A stretch of 64,000 bases of DNA from Owenia fusiformis (lineage: Eukaryota). Every line of letters begins with the position of its first letter. Positions within the stretch are counted from its first letter, which is position 1. Shown in pieces: positions 53,892-64,000 of this stretch. A program made the translations under genes and the position numbers. The notes beneath the pieces were generated by a model. The model was not told the origin of the DNA. It saw nothing but the letters and a program-made list of their open reading frames with translations, and did not search any database. The stretch covers positions 34,782,001 to 34,846,000 of the forward strand of contig CAIIXF020000001.1 in assembly GCA_903813345.2 (NCBI GenBank), given 5' to 3'.

Positions 53892-55325
53892 AGGATCTAG
53901 TGCACCCGCCATTATGATCTCCCCATGAACAAAATGAATCATTTTTAGGTGTAACATAAAGAATACAATGTCACATAATACTGTGGAAAATATTTAAGCG
54001 TTTGGACCCACATGGGCTGAGGTCATTAAGTTCAGCAAGGGTGTATTGACTTGCCATTGGATGTGCTCCATTAACTTAACATGTGGATATCATCAGATTC
54101 CAATGGAGGCCCTTGGTTTCTATTGATTTTCACAAAAATACCTAAAATACACTATGACCTGAATCGATTGCAAATTAAATAATTTCACAATATGACACAA
54201 ATGGTATATCACATCAGATGTGCAAATATAAAGTTTGCAATCGATTCAGGTCATACTTCAAATTAAAGGCTTAGACATTTTTTTCATCATTTTTTTCCTA
54301 CAAAATGGCTATAGGAAAATGCTTCAAAAGCAACTTTTACACTTATGAAATTCCATACAACTTTGTAAATCCAAAGATTATACTGTTATGTTTCATTAAT
54401 TAATAACATATTTGGATAAGATGTAGGGATGTGTAGGATGCAAATGGATTTTGACAGACACAAAAACACTTCCTGGTTTGGCATCTCGACCCCTGTACAC
54501 TTTATGATTGAATATTGGCCCTAATAAGTGACCCATTCATCAATACAGGGTGTCCCGAAAGTATGGGGCCCCCCCCTAGGCAGACATATTCCAGGGTCCT
54601 CATAGTATGTGTCATATATCATTTTAAAGCTTATTCAAAGTTACATTGATTTGCCAAGTATCATGGTTTAACTCCCAAATGAGAAAAAGTTACAGTCATT
54701 TAAAAAGTTAGTGTTGTGTCAAAATAAAGTTCAATTTTAAACCACATTACTAGTCAATGTGCCCCCCTTGGCCATGTTAACAGCAGCAATTATTTTCAGA
54801 TATGACCTTAAAAGCCCTTCTAATAGGGGTGTAGAATTTTATAACCATCTTAAAACCTGTTAAGGGACTTTAGAAGAGTTTCCTTAGAGTTTCTACCCTC
54901 ACTGTTCTCTTTTTCCAACTCAATATCCATCCGACCCGAAAAGAATTGCTGCTGTTAAGATGGCCTGGGAGGACACATTGACTAGTGACTTGGTGTAAAA
55001 TTGAACTTAATTTTAACCAAACACTAAATTTTGAAATGCTTGTAATTTTTTCTCATTTGAGAGTTGAACCATGATACTTGGGGAATCAATGTAACTTTGG
55101 ATAATCTTTAAAATGATATATGACACATACTATGACGACACTGGTATATGTCTGCCTAGGGGGGGCCCCATACTTTCGGGACACCCTGTACAGTGCTGAA
55201 TATAGGTCAAAAAGATACTAGTGTACATATAAATGTTATAATAAAAGCAGTATTTTTATTTTGAAAAATCAGATGAATTATTTTTTTCTCATGGGGAGAT
55301 CCCAATGGAGGGTGTATAAGGTCCT
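53892..55325. mobile_element. Old Kolobok-like element hosting a younger MITE
   Basis: aggatctagtgcacccgccattatgatctccccatga pairs with tcatggggagatcccaatggagggtgtataaggtcct|ttaa; left TTAA is mutated. Confidence 0.55.
54546..55188. mobile_element. Tc1/mariner-type foldback MITE (TA TSD)
   Basis: ta|cagggtgtcccgaaagtatggggccccccc ... gggggccccatactttcgggacaccctg|ta; arms about 250 bp. Confidence 0.9.
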
Positions 55326-56979
55326 TTAATTATATGATCAAAAGAAGGATCCCAAGCTCTGAACACATGCTTTTGTTGGATCATAAAAATAATGACATAT
55401 AAATTAAGATATTTAAAAGATATAATATCTAAATAGATAATGAGGTTTCTGTGTTATTTTGATCATAGGGGTTGGGTCAAATTACCAATGTCTGTCTTAA
55501 AATATAATTATTACTATTCTAGTTTTGTTATCACGACCCTTTGTCATAGTCAGTTTCAGATTCCCAAATGAACTTATCATAACACCACATCATTCAAACA
55601 CATTGTTCTATTGTTGACCCACCTCCTCAAATTTACAAAATCAATACCAGGAACTGTCTTGTAAGTTTTAGTCTTCTAAATCTGATTTCCTTCCTCCTTG
55701 GTGCTTATTTTACAAGGCCCTGGGATTGGAACAATTACTTTTCTTCCATGTGTAAGACCAACTTTGTTCAGTTGGAGGAAACTGACTATTAAATAACTAA
55801 AATTACAAATGCATTTAATATATTGATTTGTCAGGTTATATAACAAAATAAAATACAATATTTATATTTTCATATTTCTACATTATTGTTTACTTGACTA
55901 AAAGAGGCATGGTCAATAATTTATGAATGCCTTTTCCTTAAAAAATGATTTATCTCATCTCATTTCTCTCAATAAGCATCACCAATTCACTCATAATTGC
56001 TTAAAAAGTCAGTGCCTTAAAAATTGATCAAAAAGCATCTATAAATCATTTGATCACTCCATTATATACTACTAGGGTACATGAACATTTACACTAATAC
56101 TATGTATACACTTCATACACTATACAGGTATTAAAAGGTCTGCAGGACTAGTAATAGTATACAGTCATATGTACAAGCAAACATCATAACTTTTTATCAA
56201 CTTTGCATGCAGATAACCTTTATAACTCATCCCCTGAAATGAAGGTGATAACAATGCAGAAACTTAAAAGATCTCCGATAAACAGGCTCTTGAAACATTA
56301 CATTTTTAGCTTTCCTTGTCTTGGAACAATACTAACTGTTACATCTTAGTATAATGTGATAATATTAACAAACATTGATTGAGAGAAGTCTTGTATGACG
56401 TCTCTGATCAACCCCCACCGCTCATATCTTTGGTATCTCCCAGCAGACTAGAACATGTTTTAGAAAGAATAAGGGGAACACAGAGACTCAATGCAAGACA
56501 ATTCAGTAGCTGCATTCAATTATGATTCTAACCTCCTCTAACCAGATTGTGGAAATTGAACCCTTGTTAAATGATGGCCCTGTCTAATGCTAAACATGGT
56601 AACATCCATTATATAGTTTCTTTAATTAGAAACTAGGGGGATAAAATGGAGTCTAAAGTAAATTTCAAAAGAAAATTGTAAGGGAAGCATTGGCAAGTGA
56701 GAAGATCATTTCCAGCATTTTTCACTCATGTCCCTTCTAATTCCTTTAAGAAATGTTGAAAGACGAAGAAAATAAAATAAATTAGCAAGTTTATCATATT
56801 CTGGTACTAGTTTTCTGTACATACTATACACATGGACACAATACCTAATGTCTATGATATATGCCGAATAACATTTATCTATCACTAAAATACAAGCAAT
56901 ATAGCATGATTTCCCAATGTTCTACGGTTTTGTACACATTTGAATACCAATCAGATCTTTTATGCCAAGAATATGTTTG

Positions 56980-57154
56980 CAGGGGTTTCATTAGCAGCAG
57001 GCAACAGGCGATTTTCACTGTTTGTTTTTCACAAAATCGCCTGTTGTTTTTAGGGACTTTTCAACTTTTCCATGTTAAATTTATGATTTCCATTCATTTT
57101 GCCTGTTGTTTTCATTTATTTAGCCTGTTGTGAGAAATTCTAGTGAATCCCCTG
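56980..57154. mobile_element. Small CAGGG...CCCTG MITE
   Basis: caggggtttcattag ... ctagtgaatcccctg, gcctgttg subterminal repeats, gtttg on both flanks. Confidence 0.6.
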
Positions 57155-57447
57155 GTTTGTTTGTGTTTCTACTAAATTATTCACCTGGAAATTAAAGTTT
57201 GACAAACAAGACATTACCCAGACAAGCTGTCATCACTTAAGTTATTGCAAATGATAACTAAAGTGTAACAATTTTTATATCAACACTTAACACTGGATAT
57301 CAGCCTCTAACTAGCACTGGTCACAAATAATGGATAGAGGTTACACTAACAATATTTCATCACATCTTGGTGGTAACATAAAAATAATGAAGAAAAAAAG
57401 TAATAAAATCAAAAATAGAAATACATTTTGGGGAAATTACAGTAAAT

Positions 57448-58318
57448 AACCAGAACAACTGCAACGCCAAAGCGTAGCGAATCCCATCGAACAGAAATGG
57501 CTGGCATTTTTACAAACGAATAGCAAATATCATAAAACAACACACATAAGAAAGGCCACCATTTTCAAAATGGTTGCTCACTAGCCAAGTTGTCATCAGA
57601 AGAAATAATATGCTTTTCAGTAGCCACCTCTAAAACTTTTGAAAAATCGCACACGTACTTGTAAAATAACACACATAAAAATGGTGGCCATTTTTCAAAA
57701 TGGCCGACTACTCCCCAAAGTTTTATTAGAAAATGTGCCATTCTTAAAGTATTCACATATCAAATATGAACAAAATCGCTCCACTACTTTTTGAGTTATA
57801 GTAAAATACGTTAAAATTTTTCAAAATGGCCGCCTTCTACCAAAAGTGTCTTAAGACAGTGTACAATGCTTATAGTATTCGCATACCAAAATATGAACAA
57901 AATCGCTCCACTATTTTTTGAGTTATAGCAAAAATCGTAAAATGACGAGTAAAGGCCACCATTTTTCAAGATGGCTGCCATGTGCTTCTTTAATATCTAC
58001 ATTTGTAGCATTATTAATGTCCTTTATAATTTTTTTACATTTAAAACATATTGCTATAACAGTTTTACATATTGCACCTAAATTACTGTAAAATCAGCAC
58101 TAAAATGGCCGCAATTTTGAAATGAGCGGCCATTTTGAAAATCGGCTTTCGAGCAGAACTTCTACCCCCATAAGGTATATGTGTACAAAATATGAACAAA
58201 ATCGGACCAACGGTATTTGAGTTATTGCCCGGATGGACGGACGAACAGACGGACGGACGTACGTACGGACAGACGGAGGCGTTCCCTATATACCTCCGAA
58301 CTTCGTTCGATGGGATAA
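57448..58318 (-). mobile_element. HINE family A copy (reverse orientation)
   Basis: Reverse complement of the family A termini, microsatellite and about two core repeats. Confidence 0.85.
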
Positions 58319-58439
58319 AAAAGTCCCAACAATTTCATACTCATTTATGAAGCATACTGCAACTAGTTACCCAGCTGGATCAGCAAATATATACAAAGTT
58401 TAATAATACTGTTGGTTATCACCTGATTTGACAAAATTG

Positions 58440-60285
58440 CCCATATGTGAACATGTTATACATAGTCTTCCATAGTCCATATGGGTACACAACCTTCAAA
58501 ATTCTATATACACATCTCTCAGTTATAAAATATGCTACCTTCAATAGTCCGTACTCTATGTAAGTTGTATTACCTATGAGTCCATATAGGTACCTTAACT
58601 TCTCCATATGGGTACATTACCTACAAGTCCATATAGGTACCTTAATAACTTATCCATATGGGTACATTACCTACAAGTCCAATATGTACCTCAACTTATC
58701 CATATGGGTACATAACCTACAAGTCCATATAGGTACCTTAATAACTTATCCATATGGGTACATTACCTGCAAGTCCATATAGGTACCTTAACTTATCCAT
58801 ATGGGTACATAACCTACAAGTCCATATAGGTACCTTAATAACTTATCCATATGGGTACATTACCTGCAAGTCCATATAGGTACCTTAACTTATCCATATG
58901 GGTACATTACCTACAAGTCATATAGGTACCTTAACTTATCCATATGGGTACATTACCTACAAGTTCTAGTCCATATAGGTACCTCAACTTCTCCATATGG
59001 GTACATTACATACAAGTCCATATAGGTACCTTAACTTGTCCATATGGTACATTACCTACAAGTCCATATAGGTACCTTAATAACTTATCCATATGGGTAC
59101 TTTACCTGCAAGTCCATATAGGTACCATAATAACTTATCCATATGGGTACATTACCTACAAGTCCATATAGGTACCTTAATAACTTATCCATATGGGTAC
59201 ATTACCTGCAAGTCCATATAGGTACCATAATAACTTATCCATATGGGTACATTACCTACAAGTCCAATATGTACCTTAACTTATCCATATGGGTACATGA
59301 CCTACAAGTCCAATATGTACCTTAACTTATCCATATGGGTACATTACCTACAAGTTCTAGTCCATATAGGTACCTCAACTTGTCCATATAGGTACATTAC
59401 ATACAAGTCCATATAGGTACCTTAACTTGTCCATATGGTACATTACCTACAAGTCCATATAGGTACCTTAACTTCTTCATATGGGTACATTACCTACAAG
59501 TCCATATAGGTAGCTTAATAACTTATCCATATGGGTACATTACCTACAAGTCCAATATGTACCTTAACTTATCCATATGGGTACATGACCTACAAGTCCA
59601 ATATGCACCTTAACTTATCCATATGGGTACATTACCTACAAGTTCTAGTCCATATAGGTACCTCAACTTCTCCATATGGGTACATTACATACAAGTCCAT
59701 ATAGGTACCTTAACTTGTCCATATGGGTACATTACCTACAAGTCCATATAGGTACCTTAACTTATCCATATGGGTACATTACCTACAAGTCCATATAGGT
59801 ACCTAATAACTTATCCATATGGGTACATTACCTACAAGTCCTTATAGGTACCTTAATTTATCCATATGGGTACATAACCTACAAGTTCTAGTCCATATAG
59901 GTACCTCAACTTCTCCATATGGGTACATTACATACAAGTCTATATAGGTACCTTAACTTCTCCATATGGGTATATCACCTACAAATCCATATAGGTAACT
60001 TAACTTATCCATAGATATGGGTACATTACCTACAAGTCCATATGAGTACATTACATACAAGTCCATATATGTACCTTAACTTATCCAAATGGGTATATTA
60101 CATACAAGTCCATCTATTTACCTTAACTTATCCATATGGGCACATTACATACAAGTCCATATAGGTACCTTAACTTGTCCATATGAGTACATTTCTACAC
60201 GTCCATATAGCTACCTTAACTTGTCCATATGAGTACATTACCTACAAGTCCATATAGGTACTTTAATTTATCCATATGGGTACAA
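58440..60285. repeat. ~47-50-bp minisatellite made of two related half-units
   Basis: Unit agtccatataggtaccttaacttatccatatgggtacattacctaca, roughly 35 copies, ending about 300 bp past the XKR stop. Confidence 0.95.
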
Positions 60286-60589
60286 TGCTTTCAGACTAAA
60301 ATATTTGATACTGTGCTCTTTACACAAAGTGAAAACTTAATGTATCTGTAATCCGATTGTTGTAAAATTAAACCTCTCTGTATTAAAAAGCAGAATATAA
60401 ATAATGAAATCTTCATACAATACACCCATACTTTTTAAATTACTATCTTATGTATAATGACAATTCATTATTGTTACCACAGGCTCTGTTTACTTTCTTA
60501 TATGCAACATCATGGAAATAGTTGATTTACTAGAATAACACACTGCAGTAAGTAAAATTAAAAACAATAATGCTGTTACATTTCCTGCT

Positions 60590-61494
60590 CTACACTGAAG
60601 TAATTTTGTTACAGTTTCCTATCTGTCCCTTAGTTCCAAAGTTCTTTGCTTTGGAATTTGAATCGAATCCATGACTTCCCATCGCAGGATTACCAATCCC
60701 CATTTCATATGCTGAAGTTCCAGCAATGGAGCCCGTTCCATAAACAACAGTATCCGGCACTGAATTACAATCTGAATAGTCTACAGGATCAATCCTTTCC
60801 TGACAGTAACCTGGGCCTCTGTTTTTGTCCAAAGCATGCTTACTCCCAGCTGTCTCTATTCCATTATGGGCTGGTACCTCAGTAAGTGTATTTTCTTCAT
60901 TTTGGAAGGGTTGGATGTACCATTCCAAACTAAACGCTCCATTTGGGTGTAATAAAAGATAATATATCATCATGAACAAGATTCCAATAAAAAAACCTCC
61001 TAACACAAGAGATAACGATGGTATTCTATACCATAACGTAAAGTCTGGCTGATAAAAAAACCATGCCAAAATCATGCATGAATTCTCAATATATACAGTC
61101 GTGTAAAATATCAGGTACCTATACCGGGTATGGCCCTCTAACAAATTAAAGAAACAGAAAATGTAAATAACTGCACCAATTCCATTGAAGATTCGTTCCT
61201 CGCACCTTTTCCCTCCACAAAAATTAGTTCTCATCCATAATATCCATGTGATCATGAGAGAGTAATGGAATCCGATTACAATAAACAACCAGAATGTGAA
61301 TTTAGAGGCAAATAATGCAAGGGCTATTACTCTTGATCCAATTGTCAAAAATCGCCATATGAACTGCACTAACATGGCGATATAGCTGAGATTGTTTTTG
61401 TCATCTCGTGTGAATCGTAGTGCTTTGTGATATGCAGTTAGAGACCAGGCTAGAGACGTCAATGATGATAATACGGAGGCCACTTGGATCACAA
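60590..61494 (-). CDS. XK-related protein (XKR4/6/7-like phospholipid scramblase), last coding exon
   Basis: Acceptor ttacag| at 61495. The ORF has SLAWSLTAYHKALRFTRDDK, FNLLEGHTRYRYLIFY..VYIEN and FMMIYYLLLHPNG, matching the XKR4/6/7 last exon. Upstream exons were not found in the window. Confidence 0.9.
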
Positions 61495-61979
61495 CTGTAA
61501 CACATAAAATGTATTAATAGGACAGTCTTCCAAAAGTACATCAAGTCACTAGTTATCTACAGGAATCTTCCTATCTATTTCAAGTGTCTTATTGATGAAA
61601 ATTCAAAAGATACCTCCACTTAAGAGTTATTCCAAAATAAAAGGGTTGTCTTTTGGGGTCACCCTTAGATATTCGGAATCCTGAGCTATGATTCAAAAAG
61701 GGGAATGCATTTGAAAAATGTTTAAATTCAATGATTTGGCAATATTTCATTTTCTCATGTAATGGGACAATGTGATTTAACATCCTTCTCTGATAAAAAA
61801 TATTAAAAATATTATTTCAATCTAGGCAACAATTTCAATATAGGTTATGTAAAAGTACACATTACAGCATCCTCCTAAGTCCTAACGCAGGGTTCCAGAC
61901 ATCATCCACTAAGTTCCTTCCTTCTTCTTGGAAGAAGGAGGTATGAGTTCTGGAGGCCTGTGTTCGGAGGATGACATTA

Positions 61980-62298
61980 CAGTAAAACCTGTCTAAATCA
62001 AACACCATTGGGATTAGCTAAAAGTGTTCAGGTGTTCAAATTTCGAGGTTTTGCATTCACGAGACTCTGGATTTTGAAGAAATGTGAACAAATTCTCAAT
62101 AAATATTTATAGTTACTTTGACCACATAGCTTTATGGCATTCCAGTCATTTGAAAATTTGATTCAAATGAATTTAGTCATGCTGGAAAGACCCATTATTT
62201 AAACATGGGGGTCAATGGGAGGAAAAATGGGAGCGAAAAAAGTGTTCAGACTGGGGGTGTTCTGATTAGCCAGGTGTTCGGATATACAGGTTTTACAT
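61980..62298. mobile_element. Tigger/pogo-like MITE
   Basis: ta|cagtaaaacctgt ... acaggttttac; related ends near 22555, 28005 and 42165. Confidence 0.6.
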
Positions 62299-63509
62299 AT
62301 ATTAGACACAAAATATGTAGTTATGTTTTGTTACTATTTGTACATAAATCTTATCAGTTAAAATATGTCATTGATTAGTCAAAGCAATTAACATGATTCA
62401 CAACATTAGCTGTGTTTACCTCAGATAACTCTTGAGTTATACATAATATACGTCTATACGTAATATATAAATATGATCTAAAAAGACCAGTAAATCAAAA
62501 TGTCAGTATAGCATACTTAGATATCATATATTTGAAATTCATTTTACACTTTGGCACATTAGGGCAGAATCCTGCTTGAATATCAAATGAAAAATGTGAC
62601 TTAAGCACTAATTTGGTTGTATTATTTGAAGTAACAATTTGAAGATAGTGCAATTATGGCTGCTGAGGCTGACTTTCATTTAGTATACATTATATGATGA
62701 CAAGAGCTTCCTATATTAAAAAAACAATAAATAGTATGGTGGGTACTGGGCTCACATGGTGTTGCTCAAAAGTGAATGATGGCTAAAATGGCCGAAAAAA
62801 ATGGATGTAATTTTTGACGATTTTTTGTAACAAAATTATTTCATACAACTACTCTTTAGAGTGACATGGCTTTTTACAATGCAGGACACCTGAAATTATT
62901 TGTAAAGGTAGGAAATGGGCCACAAGTGAATTTCGCAAGACAAAAATGGCGACCATTTTGAATTTAGGCGAGCTTTTGAACCAGAAGTCATAATATATAT
63001 ATAGTCTCAATAAAATTAAGAAATGGGCCACAAGTGAATTTCGCAAGACAAAAATGGCGGCCATTTTGAAAATAGGCGAGCTTTTGAACCAGGAGTCATA
63101 AGGGAGTTTTCTGTATTGATGTTGAACAAATAACTTAAATAACTTAAAACAGGAATCCTATCGGCAGAGGTTTTGAGGCAAATGGTCCAAAAGTGGATTT
63201 CGTGAGACATATGGACAAATCAATGTTAACTAAAATGGCTGAAAATAAAAAAAATGGATATAAATATTTGCCGATTTTTTTGTAACAAAATTATAACTCT
63301 TTACAGTGACATGGGAGTCTTCAAGGTATCGATTCACATTTAATGTATGCTAATTGTTTTGGGCCTTTGAGATCTCCAGATCAATTTTGCCTGTAAAATG
63401 CATTTTGTATTTTGTATCATTTGAAACTTACTTCAACCATCATTATAAGATAGATAGATGTCAATTTATTGCAGAAAATACAAATAAAATATCATCAAAC
63501 ATCATTTTT

Positions 63510-64000
63510 CAACTAGAAAACACCAACTCCACGGAGTAGCAAATCCCAATGAACACTATAACATATACGAATCTGTATTTGTCACAGAAAATATAAACAT
63601 TAGAAAAATTAGAGATATCAGAATTTCTACCAATTTTAAAAGCATTTGGTTGATCATTTAAAGGCACAAAGATACAATACAATAAAGATACAATATTTGC
63701 AATCTACTCTAAATTGCCTTTCATTTGAGTATAATAAAACTATACTTCAGAAAGATCTCAAAATTAACGCAAATTCCTGTTGGCAGCCATTTAGAATTCT
63801 GAGGCACAAATCAGAAAGACAATACCATAGTAATGATCTACCCTAAACTTCCTTCAATTTGAGTATAATATAGCCATACATTAAAGGGATCAGAAAATTA
63901 TTGCGAAATCTCACATAAGGTGACCATTTTTACGAGACTCAAATTACAAAACCAATGCGATATTTGCAATCTACTCTAAATTGCCTTTCATTTGAGTATA
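63510..64000 (-). mobile_element. HINE-like element with a family B-type 3' end, running out of the window
   Basis: aactagaaaacaccaactccacggagtagcaaatcc is the reverse complement of the 24945-24990 end; degenerate tandem units follow. Confidence 0.55.

Overview
AT-rich, intron-rich animal genomic DNA. The repeat content suggests a lophotrochozoan such as a mollusc; the taxon is an inference. No prokaryotic features or CRISPR arrays. Hand-splicing gives five protein-coding genes in strictly alternating orientation: FAM91A1 (-, first coding exon only), TMEM234 (+, 5 exons), a SKAP1/SKAP2-like dimerisation-PH-SH3 adaptor (-, 8 exons), TATDN1 (+, 12 exons) and an XKR4/6/7-type scramblase (-, last exon). 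FAM91A1/TMEM234 and SKAP/TATDN1 are head-to-head pairs with about 200-260 bp between start codons. Introns are packed with often nested non-autonomous elements: Helentron-associated elements carrying satellite arrays, MITEs with TA, TTAA, 2-, 5- and 8-bp target duplications, a tRNA-headed SINE, LINE fragments, a TG..CA element with a 4-bp TSD, and a 2.1-kb nested palindrome. The most unusual pattern is three separate minisatellites whose first unit is an exon boundary itself (a splice donor, a splice acceptor and a stop codon); the two splice-site arrays create decoy sites, and the ones I translated run into premature stops. All coordinates were counted by hand, and family names come from recalled sequences, not database searches.
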